Assembly (NCBI RefSeq): GCF_006345805.1 | Contig: NC_043011.1 | Span: forward strand, 14,954,464 to 15,018,463 | Origin: Octopus sinensis | Taxonomy: Eukaryota | Direction: 5' to 3' | DNA: 64,000 nt | In this document: piece after piece, positions 25,108 through 39,902 of the stretch | Position numbering within the stretch: position 1 is the stretch's first letter | Layout: each line of letters starts with the position of its first letter | Notes under the pieces: model-generated | Database searches by the model: none | Told to the model about the DNA's origin: nothing | What the model saw: only the letters and a program-made list of their open reading frames with translations | Translations under genes and position numbers: made by a program

Positions 25108-27299
25108 TTGTGGGTCCACGTTCTTAGACATTTTACGTTCCTGCCTCTCTAAAGGATTGTCGAATATGTTCATATATCTCCACCAGATAGTCAAAAAAAA
25201 AAATCACAACTACCACTAATTGTTAGGATGGATTTAAAATTTGTCAATAGCTTAGTTTTATATGAATAACCTGGAACAGAACAGGGAAGGAACTCATAAA
25301 GATGTTGCTTTAGTTATTTATAGTAAACAATACTGGTAATCGAGTATTTTAATCCTCAACATTTGGCTCCCATAATGCCATAAGGTATAAGGGCATCCTG
25401 ATGAAGAAACTGAGCTTCAAAATATTCATGTGTTTAGCTATGGCGAATGGGCAAAGTCATTTGAGCTTCGGGCGAAATGCCTTGCAGTCATTACTCGCCT
25501 CCTTATGTTCTCCTGGCACCTTGAATTCTGCGATCAAATCCTACCGCGGATTTCTTCAGAGGTCTCCGAATAAGTTGCCAGTGTTGGGCTGGGATTTGTT
25601 GTGAAACTGCTAGAGTATCGGATGAAATGTCTTGCGAAATTTGTTCCGGTTCATTGCATTCTGAGTTCAAATGCAGTGACCTCCTTGAATAGACTTAATT
25701 CGCCGCTAGACTTAACGGAAACACATGATCCTTAGACGTTGTTAACGGAGTCCACTATGCTGCAAGGATTCGGACTAAATTTTTCGTTTGAGGATGTTTC
25801 CTACTTATTTTGAGGATATTACCCAGTCTCAGTGGTCCTGTATAAGGTCATCGATCCTGTATTTTGTCTTGACTAAGCGATAAAGATGACCTACAATCAC
25901 CAAAGAGACAGAGACGAGAAGCAACAGCTCCTAATTCTCTTATCGCACGCAGACCTTGTGTGATGGGTCACTTCTATGAAGAGGCTTATATAGTTATATT
26001 GCTTAGTTAAAATACTCTCTCGTCCGACCTCCTTTCACGAACAATGATTTTATTGTTAGTTTTGAGTGTGAATATAATAACTTAATAACTCTCATTGCAA
26101 CCACTTAACGTAGACTGCAATGAAATTAACCTCCATTTCAGAAATATTTTGATCGTTTTTTTTTTTGTGATTATAAAGAGGCAACGAATGGTTGTTAGGA
26201 AAATATATTGGAGGTAGAGCATAACTTTAAGGTAAGAAGATACACTCTAAACTGAGCATTACATATAGAAATATATATATGAAATTAAATGCACACACGC
26301 ACACATACACACACACACACACACAAGGCTAGCATGCTGAAACTTAGAGGTCACTGTCAGTCGTCTTCTTGTAGAAGTTTAATGGATATCTACTCTGCTA
26401 AAATGTATTGAATAATTCTTCCGTCTATCAAATTAAAGTTCGGCAAGTAATCTAGGTGGGAGAAAATGTTCTGGCTACACACACACACACACATACACAC
26501 ATACGCACGCACACACACACATACACACATACGCACGCACATACATACACCACACCACACACAGAAATGCATAATAAACTACAGTGTGAAACAGATGCGC
26601 ATATATTATACGCATACACATGCAGTGCTTTCATTTCGATGCGATTTTAAGTTTGGAAGTTGAGAGGGGTGGGACCCATCAATAGGTAACAAATCAAGAA
26701 AGACTTGTTTTGGGGAGCAGAGACTGAGTCACGATCATAAAAACTGTCCAGGAGACAATAACATGATTATACTATTAACTCTTTCTTATATATGCGTACA
26801 CAAATATGTATGTGTGAGAGAGTATGAATGATTTTTAATAAGGAGAAAGAGAGGACGGGAGTGAGATGGGGCGCGCATAGGTCTCAGTGGAGCGATGAAT
26901 GAAAATCAATGACACAGAGTGTCCAAAATGAAAAGATAAGACTTTTTACAAAACGATAATGTTGAGCTGTTGGGTGTCATCTTCAGTCGCTAATTAGAGA
27001 TAATATTATTTTTGGGTGGGGTCAGTCAGTCGCTAATTAGAAACGTTTGGACCGATGTGAGAATAATGAGTTGGACAGAGTCTTATAGAAATCCTTGCGA
27101 CCATTTATTTTTAGTTTTAATCTTGGATTCGTATTAAAGCTTCTTCTACAATTGAAAGTCTTAATCTTTTACTTATACACCACCACCATCACACTACAAC
27201 AACAACAACTACTACTACTACTACGACGACGACGACGACGACGACTACTACTACTACTACTACTACTACTAGTACTAAAGATGATGATAATGATGACAA

Positions 27300-28285
27300 T
27301 CCTTTCTATTTAGGCATAAGACCTGAAATTTTTCAGGGGAGGGGACTAGTCGACTACATCAGTCCCACTGCTCATCTGATACTTATTTCATTGGCCCCCA
27401 AAAGTATGAACAGTAAAGTCGACCTCGGCGGAATTTGAACACAGAACGTAAAGACGGACGAAATGCTAAGCATTTCGTCCTATGCGCTAACGGTTCTGAC
27501 GGCTCTCCGCCTTAATAACTCTTTCTACCTAAGAAAAAAAAAGCAAACCTGAAATTTTATAGGAAGGGGCCAAGACAATTACATCGTTACTTCAATGGTT
27601 CTTGTTTTATTCGTCCCGAAAGAATGAAAGGCAAAGTAAACCTTGGAGGCATTTGAACTCAGAACGTGAAGAGCCGGAGTAAATGCTGCTAAACACTGCC
27701 TTCATAACAATGATTATTATAATTTCTTCTGTCGACACAAAGCTATCTGTTTTCAGAGAGTGGAGAAGATGATTACATTGACCTCAGTCATTTATTTTAT
27801 TGCTTAAGGAAAAATGAAAACCAAAGCTGGCTGCTGGCGGATCTGAACGTGAAGACACACTTTGAAGATTCTGGTAAACCACTGTTCCAACATTAAAAAT
27901 AATTGTTTCTAGCTTAGACAAACGGCCTGAAATTTTAGACGGAGGTTTAGTCGATACCACCAATTATCGACCTCGAAAAAATGGAAAGTAGGGTTGGCCT
28001 CGGCAGGATTTGAACTCAGAATCTAAAGAACCGTAACTAAATACCATAAAGCATTTTGTTCGACGCTTCAGCTATTTAACTGACTAAACAGTTGCTGTTA
28101 TACAAATGGTTTTTAATTTAGTCATAATTTGGGGGGAAGAGTGTTAGTCGATTAATTGACCTTAGTGCTTGACTGATATTTTATTTTATCGATTTTCGGA
28201 GTGAGGAAAAATAAGTTGGCTTCGGCTGGATTTGAACTCAAGGCGTAGACAGAGGAGACACAAGCGATTCTGTTCGAAGCACTAA
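27300..28285 (-). mobile_element. Array of about five head-to-tail SINE family 2 copies of differing divergence
   Basis: GATTTGAACTCAGAA-type B-box reverse complements recur at ~27430, 27650, 27840, 28010 and 28230. Confidence 0.8.
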
Positions 28286-28344
28286 CGATTCTGCCAGCCC
28301 ACGGCTTTTAAATGTTTCAAATTTTAATTAAACACCTCACTCAC

Positions 28345-28403
28345 CTTAAGACTTTCCCACTTGGGACTATAAAATAACCTGTCTCCTCTAGTTAGGCGAC
28401 CGG
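28345..28403 (-). CDS. Candidate 59-nt internal exon ((A)GRLTRGDRLFYSPKWESLK)
   Basis: Acceptor TCTCTGCCATTTTTAG| and consensus donor AAG|GTGAGT. Phase 1 in, phase 0 out, matching both neighbours. An in-frame alternative acceptor lies at 28457. Confidence 0.5.
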
Positions 28404-28840
28404 CTAAAAATGGCAGAGAAATCCCTTTCCATATCATATAATGTGGTCCAGGGTATACTGTTAGAAATAATAGCATGATGGCTATGGGTGGAGCGTCTTT
28501 GATCATAAATCTACTCAAATACGGTCTACTTTTTGCTACCCGACAAAACAACAAAATTTTCCATTTTAATATCAGATAGGTGTGAGATGTGTATGGACAA
28601 TTTCATCTCCTATTAGACGGTACACCACACACACACACACACACACACTGAGGTGGCTTCTATCACTGGACTGCGGCCATGCTGGGGTACCGCATCAAAG
28701 ATTTTAGCCAATCGATATCAGTACTATTTCAGTCTCGAGCACTCTAGAGCGAGCCCTGATTTATGGGACGGAAAGAGCGATAGATAAATGGACAAATGGA
28801 CAGATAAATAGACAGATAAATAGATGGACATATGCATTGA

Positions 28841-28885
<45 letters not shown>

Positions 28886-31134
28886 TTTAGAACGGCTACG
28901 TAACGCTTTCTATTCCTACTGTCTCCTCGAACGATAAAAAAATTAATAAAAATTGAATTCAAAATAATAAATTTGTTAGGTGTGTGTAATAGACATACAC
29001 TCAAACACACGCGCACACACATGTATATACACACGCATAATTATATATATACAAATGTGTACATATTTATATAGGAATATACATTATATACATACGTGTA
29101 CATATATGCATAAATGTTTGCATATATATACATACATATACATAAATATATGCATATATATGTGTGTGTGTGTGAGAGAGAGAGAGTGTGTGTGTATGAG
29201 TGTGTGTATGTGTGTGTGTGTGTATGTGTGTGTGTGTTTGTGTATCTTGAAGTGAATTTGAACGACGATATGAATCTCTCCGCCACCAAAACCTCACCTC
29301 GCAAACCTAAAGCAATGAAATTAAATTAAAAAGATAATGCTAAGAATAATACTGAATGTAGAAATTATTCTGAAAATAAGAAACAGCTAGTAAGAAAGCG
29401 TGACGGTTTCCAAGCTGAAATTCACCAGCCTGAACATTTTTATAGCTGCAGTCAATCAGGCAAAACGAGCCGAGCTTAAGGAAAACCGCAGCGTTTCTTC
29501 ACTTAAACAAGCTAGCAGAAAGCACAAACTTTAGTTGGCAGTTAAGAAGCTGTTTATCACCATTCATTCTGTGTAGCTGCAGTTTGTTGTCGTTACTATT
29601 TATTGGTGGTGGTGGTGGTGGTGGCGGCGGCAGTTTGCGATGACAATTGTGGTGGCTGTGATGACGATGATAATGATGATGATGATGAGTAGGAGGAGGA
29701 GGAGGACGGTAGCTATGCAGTTGCTGCCTCGTGCCAGCCCGCCCCTCTTGATTAACGGCTTTCCACCTTTCAGTCATGACCAATCCATCTGAGTTTTTTT
29801 TCCCTCCTTATATTCAAGCAACCCCTACACAATCTAACACAATATGTTGTGACTTAAGGGTATTTGGTTATTATTTCTGATGTTGGTGGTAAGTGGTAAA
29901 GATGATGTTGGCGATGAGGAAGACGCCGCCGCTCCACACCTGGCGTCGCCGCCGCCGACGATGGTGATGATGATGATGATGATGATGATGGTAGTGGTCG
30001 ATTGTTTTTTCGTTAGGCTAAAGGACAAAAATTATGAAAATACACCTAAGTATGTATGGATATGTCGATCCAGTGTAGATCAACCCAGGAACGGAGCCGC
30101 AAGCTGGTCGCTTGATCTGCTAGAAACAGCAGCCTAAGAAATCACTATCGAAGCACAAACACTTTGCTGTGTTAGATAAAGGACACATTGGGGATTGCAG
30201 TCATAGATACTCTTTTTGAAATGGAATAGCCACGGTTGGAATGTCTGTTCATAGATCTGAGTGATCCGGGTGGACCTACAGTAAACAACAAGTAGATGAT
30301 GGCAACACAGAAGGGAGTAAAGCTACTACTCACACACACACACACTCACAATGCATACATACATATATACATACACACACACCCACAACACATATATATA
30401 CATATATACATACATACATACACGCACGCGCTCTCATACATACTATCACACGTATAACGCAACTACGATGTACATACACACGAGCACACATATACATGTA
30501 CACTGTTATACACGCCTAGCAGAAGAATAATCTACGTAGACGCTCAATGTGCTAGAAACAACAGCTAGAATCTCCCTCAGAGAACACCTTCCTTAGCACC
30601 TTCGTAAACGGGGAGGGCACACCGGATAATATTGTCCTGAAAAAAAATAACGACGAGGTGGTTGTGACTGGAACGATTCTGCTATGTCTCTTCAGTCACG
30701 TCTGACCTGGAGCGAAACAACAACAACAACAACACTATACAGCACACAAACCGACATAGATATGCTCACACACACACACACACACACATATGTAGAGACA
30801 TACGGGCACTTTGCCCACACGGACATACGCATATTTTACTAACACTTATGTACATGCACACACACACGGACACATTAAGGTGAGGGATTTGACATTTTGT
30901 TTTCAAATTCGTCCAAAATAGAATAGAATAGAATAAAATAAAATAAAAAGAAATACATAAGCAAGAACGAAAAAAAAAAAATTAAAGGACGAGAACTAAA
31001 ATGTTAGAAACGATTTTATGAAGTGAAATATAAATAAATATTTCACAAACCTAGCCGACCCATCCAGTTATAATGATGTACCTGATACCATCACTAGTTT
31101 GCAGGGTCTGAAACAACGCATGAAATGTTGAACT

Positions 31135-31389
31135 GTTACACACACACACACACATACACACACAAATATATATATATACATACATAAACATACATATATA
31201 AACATACATATACATATATATATATATATACATACATACATATATATACATATATATACATATATACATACATACATATATATACATATATATATACATA
31301 CATACATACATATATATACATATATATACATACATACATATACATATATATATACATACATACATACATATACATATATATATACATAC

Positions 31390-31456
<67 letters not shown>

Positions 31457-31630
31457 TACATATACATATATATACATATATATATACATACATGCATATA
31501 TATACATATATATATATACATATATACATATATATATAGATATATATATACACACGCACAGATATGCAAATATGTGTGTGCGAGTGTGTGTATGTGTGTG
31601 TGTGTGACTCTGTGTGTGTGTGTGTGTACG
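31135..31630. repeat. (TA)/(TACA)/(TG) compound microsatellite
   Basis: Directly visible. Confidence 0.95.
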
Positions 31631-32063
31631 TAGAGTGAGAGATTTGTGCGCGCTATTATATGCACTCACACCTGCCTGTCTTTAATATTTTTCTGTTTTC
31701 AATTTACGCGCAAAATACTCGAGTGAGCCACAAACGACGGTGTGAAGAAGCGATGACATGAACAAGTGTGTATGCACGGTATGCATATGTGGTATAATTG
31801 TGCTGTATGAATGTACATGCGTGTGTATAAATTATTTGATTGTATGCGTGTGTGTATGAGTGTATATGTGTGTGTGTGTATATGTGTGTGTGTGTAAGTG
31901 TGTGCACGCGATTAATAATTTTACCTGAAGACAGAGATTAACGATGGCCCAAGTAGGATAATTATAAGTTTATTAGAAGTAAATTGGATCAGAGAACAGC
32001 GAGGGAAGGATGTTAATCACTGTGAGTAATAATAATGAAAAGGAGCGACGAGAACCATGATGG

Positions 32064-32096
<33 letters not shown>

Positions 32097-32261
32097 CGAT
32101 GGTTATTTTGATGACGATGATGATGGTGGTGGCGTTGATGACACCGAGGATGGTGGTGATGACAGTAACCACTTAGCGAATAAAAAATTCTTGAAAATAA
32201 CATCAAACGACAGATGTAACAAGTGGACTTAAATATAACGTTATATATATATATATGAACG

Positions 32262-32293
<32 letters not shown>

Positions 32294-32294
32294 C

Positions 32295-32335
<41 letters not shown>

Positions 32336-32852
32336 ATATATATATGTACGTATGCATACATACATACCTGCCCCACACACACAAGCACATATATATATAT
32401 TATATGTATAAACGTGTTTGCGGGAGACCATGATTTGATATTTTAGTATTTCTTCGTATAGTTCATAATGAAAAAGTAAAAATGTGTAGGGAGCCGGGAA
32501 AGAAAGAAAATTATTATTTTTTTTTTTTAAAAAGGAAAATAATAGAATGTTCTAATAAAAAAAATCTGGCATGGGAGAGAGGGACAGAAAGAAAGAAAGA
32601 GAAAGCGAAAGAGAGAGGAAAAGAAAGATAAGGAAAAAGTGAGAGAGTGTGTGTGCGTGTGTATAAGTTCTAAGAGATTCCTTCCTTCCTTGACGCAATC
32701 AATTCGGTAAATAAAATGAAAAATGAAAGAATATATATAAATGAAAAAAAGACCCACAAAAGCAAATGATTTGAGAAATAGAATGTAATTAATGATGATG
32801 ATGATGATGATGATAATGATGGTGGTGATGGTGGTGATTTGAAATATAAAAA

Positions 32853-32885
<33 letters not shown>

Positions 32886-32921
32886 AAACGAAGGTGTTGA
32901 AGTGGAAAAGAAAAGTTTTAC

Positions 32922-32973
32922 CTTTTGCGGCTGCAAACATGGAGACAAGTACTCCAAAGATGAATATCTTCAT
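32922..32973 (-). CDS. Candidate first coding exon encoding a signal peptide (MKIFIFGVLVSMFAAAK|A); alternative upstream ATG at 32997
   Basis: MK plus hydrophobic core plus A-x-A cleavage motif once spliced. Phase-1 donor AAG|GTAAAA. The in-frame upstream ATG has gccATGG context. Confidence 0.6.
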
Positions 32974-33358
32974 TGTTAATAGTTCTAGTTTTGCCATGGC
33001 GTAAAGTAAGTAAAAAGCCGATTGTTGTCGAAGAATGGTTAAAGCGTGCGAGCCAGGGTTCACAAGTTGGAAAAAAAAAACAAATTAAAAACCGAAAAAT
33101 TTTAAAAAAATTCCAAGGTGTTGGTGGGGAAAGGAAAAAAAAAATCAAGGTGATACAAGAGAGAATGAGAGCGTTTACTTCACTAGTAAAACAATAACTG
33201 CTGACTTAGTTCAGACAAAAATCTCCAAATATTGCTTCAGTTACACCACACACACCTCAGTATAAGTGTGAGCGTATATATATATGTGTGTGTATATGTG
33301 TATATATATGTGTGTATATATATATATTTATATATATATATATTTGGGTCTATATTAC

Positions 33359-33554
33359 CTTTCTCCGTCTGTGTGTGCGCGCGAGAATGTGTAAATATTT
33401 GTATGTTTCTGTGTTCCTGTACGTGCGTGTATGTACGTATATATATATATATGTATGTGTATGTGTGTGTGTATATATTTTATATATTATATATATATAT
33501 ATTGCTTAGGTTCTCTCGCTTTCTATCTTGCGTGCAGCTCCACTCGCCTCAACT
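33359..33554 (-). other. Candidate non-coding exon 1 of the secreted-protein gene
   Basis: Starts at the A of TCAGTT and ends at the donor AAG|GTAATA. Possible acceptors are TTTTACTAG| (33183) or AAACTAG| (32984). Confidence 0.35.
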
Positions 33555-33556
33555 GA
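33551..33556 (-). promoter_or_regulatory. Initiator (Inr) TCAGTT
   Basis: ATTCAGTT in a unique, CpG-richer island (~33510-33680) upstream of the signal-peptide exon. The motif is short, so a chance match is possible. Confidence 0.4.
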
Positions 33557-33952
33557 ATGGCGCTTGTCAGTCTGCTATTCCTACCGCTTTTGCCTCCTAC
33601 TGCTGGGACATTATCGAACGTTCATTTACTCACTCGCTCCTTCTCACTAATTCGCTCGCAAATGCTCTCGCTCGCTCTCTCTCACTTATATTTTCTGCCT
33701 TCCCCCTTTCTCTCACCCTCCTCCGCCTCTTTCCCCTCACTCCACAGTTTACACCACCTCGCACTCTCTCTCTCACTCTCTGTCTCTCTGTCTCTCTCTC
33801 AATTCTTTAGCTCGTACACTCACTTTAGCATGTCATCATCAGTCAATAATCTAGACTCTTAGCATCTCTACATCTCTCTCTTCAAATATCACTGCTTGCT
33901 TTTTCTCGCTTTATCCCTCCTCAGTATATCCCAACCGCTTCCTTTCCTTCTA

Positions 33953-33993
<41 letters not shown>

Positions 33994-34289
33994 TTCTGTC
34001 TTTCTCCCTCCCTGCTTGTCTGTCTGTCCGTCTCCCTCACTCTCTCTCTCTCTTTCTCTCTCTCTCTCTTTCCCTCCCCATCTACCTATCAATAATAACT
34101 ATTTACTTATCGCTTTCTCTTTCTCTCTGTTTATGTTAAATTTCAGGTTTAATTCAACTCCAAACATGAATAAGAGAAGAGAAGAGGATTAAGATAGAAA
34201 AATAAAATAAGTGAAAGATAAGTAGAGATAGACACACACGCACCTACACGACACACGCATACACAACACACATACATAAAAGTATTTGT

Positions 34290-34320
34290 GCGTGCGTAAG
34301 TATATATATATATATAATAT

Positions 34321-34368
<48 letters not shown>

Positions 34369-34406
34369 CATACATATACATATATATGTGTGTGCGTGTG
34401 TGGCGG

Positions 34407-34457
<51 letters not shown>

Positions 34458-34492
34458 TATACATATACATATATATGTGTGTGTGTGTGTGC

Positions 34493-34542
<50 letters not shown>

Positions 34543-34790
34543 TGTGTGTGTGTGTGTATGTATATGGCGAGAGAGGAGGGAGAGAGAGGAAGAGGAAGAA
34601 AGCGGGAGAGGGAAGAGTGAGAGAGAGACAAAGGGAGGGAGAGAGTAAAGAAAATGACAGCTGACTATCACCCACTTACTAATTGTTTATTTTTATAAAA
34701 TATTTTCTCTCTTTCCCGCTTTCATTAACTCCAGAGTCTTGTCCAATACAATCGCCACCTCATCTCTCCCACCTCTCTCTCTATCTCTCT

Positions 34791-34835
<45 letters not shown>

Positions 34836-35019
34836 TACACATATGTATGTATATATGCATATATATATATATGCATATATGCGTGTGTGCATGCACGTGT
34901 GTCTGTATACACACACATATATATATACACATATATATATGTATGTACATATATGTATATATATATATATATATACACACACATATATATATGTATATGA
35001 ATATTTATGTGTATTTATG

Positions 35020-35051
<32 letters not shown>

Positions 35052-35130
35052 TATCTGTATGTATTATATATATGTATATATATGTATATATACATATATA
35101 TGTATGTTATATATATATGTATATATTTAC
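34290..35130. repeat. (TA)/(TG)/(GA) compound microsatellite
   Basis: Directly visible. Confidence 0.95.
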
Positions 35131-35169
35131 ATGTATGTATGTGACCTCTGTTAGAATTTCGCATTAACT

Positions 35170-36869
35170 ATTAACTCTGTCATCATCATCACTAACTCAC
35201 ATTATCTCTGTCATCACAATCTTCACGACCTCCACCCCTCTACCCCCCACAACATCGTTATTAACTTGCACCTTCCTCATTGCTACCATCATCAGCCACA
35301 TCGCATCTCTCTCGTGGACATCTCCACCACCGCCATCACCATAATCACCATCATCGCCGTTGTCGTCCGCCGCCCCTCCTCCACCTCTTCATCCTCATCA
35401 CCACCACACTTCCACCACCACCTTCACCATCACCATTATCATAATCGTCATCATCATCATTTCCTCAACTTCATCTTCATCATCATCATCATCATCATCA
35501 TTTCCTCCTCCTCCACCTCCTCCTTCTCATCACCACCACCACTATCGTCATCATCATCATCGCCATCATCATCCCTGCCTCACATTTCTTTCTTCAAGAT
35601 CATTGCTTCACATTTCTTTCATCGCCTGTCATCGCCCACCTCACCGCATGTCTCTCACGTCCACTTCAATGCAGTCGTCAACACCACAGTTACATATTAT
35701 CTATTTCATCACTTCTCACACAATCACTCCTCCAAAATCTTTCTTAACAAATCGCGATAACAATAATTACCTCGCACCTTTCTCACCACTATCATCACCA
35801 TTAATATCATCCTCATCAGCATCGTCATCGTCGTCGTCATCATCATCACCATCGGCATTCACTCCTCATCTTTATCGTCACCATCTTTATCTCAAATCAC
35901 ATTCATCAGCACAGTCACATCACATTTTTCTCATCATCCCTACTTTCATCTTACATTGTTATCATCACCTTAGCAACATATCTTTCACCACCATCTTTAT
36001 ATCTCACATTTCTTTCATCACCATACTCACATCTTCCTCTCATTTCGATAACTACCTCGCATAATGTCACCCATCGTCATCGAAACCATAAACTCTTTAC
36101 ATCACCCCACCCATCATCATCATCATCATATCACCTTATATTCCTCATATTACCGATCCATTATCATCATCACTGTTATCTCATATCATTTCTCACATCG
36201 CTTTCATCACACTAATGGTCTCACGTTTCATTACTCACGTCACAACTTTACATCTCTCATCGCCATCATCGTTATCACTAACTCACATCTCATTCTTCAT
36301 CATCATCATCATCATCATCATCATCGTAAACTCGACACCCCTAGCTTCATCATTTCTACTCCACATGTCCCATCGCAGGCTCACACACATCTCCCTCCCT
36401 TCACATCATCTCATCTGTTTCGTATTGTCTTCTTCCATCAATAATATTTCATGTGGAACGTTCAACATCGTTGCCATCCATCATTGCCTCACACAGCTTT
36501 TACCATCGCAATCTCTACCTCGTATCCTTTTCATCATCGCAATCATCATCGTTGTCGTCATAATCATCATCATCACCCCACCCCGTCACCCTGGAACCAC
36601 CACCACCACCACCACAATCGTCGTCATCATCATCATCATCCTCATCATTGCCATCGTCATCATCATCATCATCATCGTCATCGTAATCATCATCATCTCT
36701 AACTCACATTATCCTCTTTCCTATCTCTATGATCATCACCACCATCACCATCTCACATCACCCCACACGTCTCTTTCATTGCCATCATCCTCATCATCAT
36801 CATCGTCGTCATCATCATCATCATCATCATCAGCATCATCATATCATCATCATCATCATCATCGTCGTT

Positions 36870-36900
<31 letters not shown>

Positions 36901-36969
36901 ATATCATCATCAAAATCATCATCATCATCATCACGACCACCACCACCACCACCATCATCATCATCGTCG

Positions 36970-37003
<34 letters not shown>

Positions 37004-37139
37004 TCACATCATCATCATCATCATCACGACGACCACCACCACCACCACCATCATCATCATCGTCGTTATCATCATCATCATCATCACCACCATCATCATC
37101 ATCATCACCACCACCACCATCATCATCATCGTCGTCGTT

Positions 37140-37170
<31 letters not shown>

Positions 37171-37241
37171 ATATCATCATCAAAATCATCATCATCATCA
37201 TCACGACCACCACCACCACCACCATCATCATCATCGTCGTT

Positions 37242-37272
<31 letters not shown>

Positions 37273-37350
37273 ATATCATCATCAAAATCATCATCATCAT
37301 CATCACGACCACCACCACCACCACATCATCATCATCATCATCATCATCAT
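35170..37350. repeat. ~2.2-kb degenerate-to-pure (CAT)n/(CAC)n tract
   Basis: Directly visible, with higher-order units at ~36840-37330. Confidence 0.95.
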
Positions 37351-37539
37351 CTCATCACCATCTCAAATCCACTTCCCCATTATACCATAACAATACCACA
37401 TTATCTCACTCATCGTTATTAACATTACTACCATTCTTTCATTCTTTCATTCTTTCATTCTTTCATTCTCTCACACTTGTTTAGTTTATCAAATCTCATT
37501 TTTCTTATATAGATATTCTAACCATCACCAAAACAGTTT

Positions 37540-38566
37540 TTAACAACTCTCTCTCTCTCTCTCTGCGTTTGTCTGTCTGTCTCTCTCTCTACGTTTCTGT
37601 CGCTCTTTCTTTCTCTCCCTCTCTCTCACTTCTACACTCTTCCGCAATCCTCTTTCCCTCCTCCTCGGGCTCTTCCTGTCTCTGTCACTCTTAGTATTCT
37701 CTCTTTCACTCCTCTCTCTTTCCCGTCTCTATTTTCTCTCTATCACATTATCGAATCTAACCACACATATAAACAACACACATGCGTTCTCTTGAGAGAA
37801 ATACACGTTCACACGTTATATCTATCAACACAGAAAATACACACACACACACACTCACACACACACACACAGAAGCACACCCAACATACACACGCACAGG
37901 CACACTCACACACTCGCACACACGCTTGTGCAACCTACACACACGCATATCTACAGACACGCACGCAACTCTCCCTTGCTCTCTTTGTCTGTCTCTCTCT
38001 CTTTCTCTCTGTCCACATACACGTTCTCACGAACTCAGCTCTCTGCCTTTCCAGGCACGCTTCGCACACACGCACACACACACACACAACACACACACAC
38101 ACACATGCATACACACTTACACAAACACATAGACACATATACACATACATCCGCACGCACAAACGCAAACACACACACAGACACACTCACACACACTCCC
38201 ACGCACACACACAAACGCACGCACGCACGCTCACACCAAATCCCTGTCCCCCGTGTCCATAGACACACACACACACACACACACTTCCTTTCTTAGTATT
38301 TTCTCACACACACGTACGAATACACTTTATCCACACGCACATGCTCTCTCTCTCTCTCTCTCTCCTATCTCTTTCTCTCTTTCTTTTCCTACACACACAC
38401 ACACCTACTCTCTCTCTCTTCTTCTTCTATTTCCCCTCCTTCTCTCTCATATTTCTGCATCTCCATATGACTTCTTACTTTGTCTCCCTCTCAATATGCA
38501 GCATGGGAATCTCCCTCTGTCCCTCTGTCCCCCCACTCTGTCCCTCTGTCCCTCTCTCTCTCGTCC

Positions 38567-38601
<35 letters not shown>

Positions 38602-39190
38602 TTCTCACATGTGCACCATATACATATACATTTCTTTCATATAACCTTTCTTTCCCTTTCTCTCACTTGATCTCTTTTCCTCTCTCTCTCTTACTCCTTC
38701 CTTCCCCTTCTCCCTCCCTCCTTTCTCTTCCTTCCTTTTCCTCCCCCTCTCTTTCTAATATCATAAATTTCTTCTTCCAGTTTTGTTTTCATAATCTTCA
38801 CTTTTCCACACACACACACACACACACAAACGCACCCCCACCCACACACAAAACGCTGTCTCTGACCCCCCCTCTCTCTCACCCTCCCTCTTGCTTTTTC
38901 TTTCTCAACTCTCTCTTTCACACTCTCTATGCCTTTATATTTTCTTTCTCTCGTGGGAACAATAACTTCAACATTTTTCTCTCTCTCTCTCACTAATCCT
39001 GTCTCCCTGCATCTTACTTCTCTCTTCTTCTCTGTATCACTCACCTTCTCTCTCTTACTCGTCTTCCTCTCTAAGTCTACTCACTTCGTCCTTCCCTCCC
39101 TCTGTTTTTCCCCCACAGTGCTCCTCCCTCTTCCTTCCACCTTTCCCCTCTCTCTTTCTCCTTCTCTCTCTCTCCCTCCTTTCTCGCATC
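37540..39190. repeat. (CT)n/(CA)n low-complexity, pyrimidine-rich tract
   Basis: Directly visible. Confidence 0.9.
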
Positions 39191-39467
39191 TACGCATTTG
39201 TTCACCCTCTCTCATGATCTTATCTCGATATATTTACCAATGGACATACCGGAGTTTGACTCCAATAGAGTGATGAGATATCCAGCCGCAGACATCACAC
39301 TGAACCAACTTCCTTCAATTCCCTCCCCCACCCCTCTCCTACTCACTCAAATACGCCACAACAAACATCCAACAACATCAACAACAACCACTTTGCCTGC
39401 ACACATGTTCATGCAACAATGAAACTACGAAGTTGAAGGGATTTATACACACACAACATACATACAT

Positions 39468-39583
<116 letters not shown>

Positions 39584-39654
39584 TATATATAAAGAGAGAG
39601 AGAGAGAGAAAGTGGTTGTCTCTTTGAGACATTTAGAAATTTGATATTTCTAAT

Positions 39655-39869
39655 ATTATATATATTCTTTTATTCTTTTACTTGTTTCAGTAATTTGACT
39701 GTGTCCATGCTGGAGTACCCCCTTTAGTCTAAGGACATTTTTCTTTGTAAGCCTAGTACTTATTCCATCGGTCTGTTTTGCCGAACCGCTAAGTTACGAG
39801 GACGTAAACACACCAACATCGGTTGTCAAGCGATGGTGGGGGAGCAAGCACAGACACACACACACACAC

Positions 39870-39902
<33 letters not shown>

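Noticed and set aside
31927-32020. Possible exon (TACTCACAG|...TTCAG|GTAAAA) after the signal-peptide exon
   Set aside because: Stops occur in all three frames, so it cannot be distinguished from chance splice-like signals.
31051-35167. Many Y/I/M/C/V-rich ORFs (also at 49220-49801, 54599-55204 and 63522-63908)
   Set aside because: TA/TG/TATG repeats lack stop codons in some frames, so these have no coding signal.
36215-37484. His-rich and Ile-rich long ORFs
   Set aside because: These are (CAT)n microsatellite translations with overlapping ORFs in several frames.
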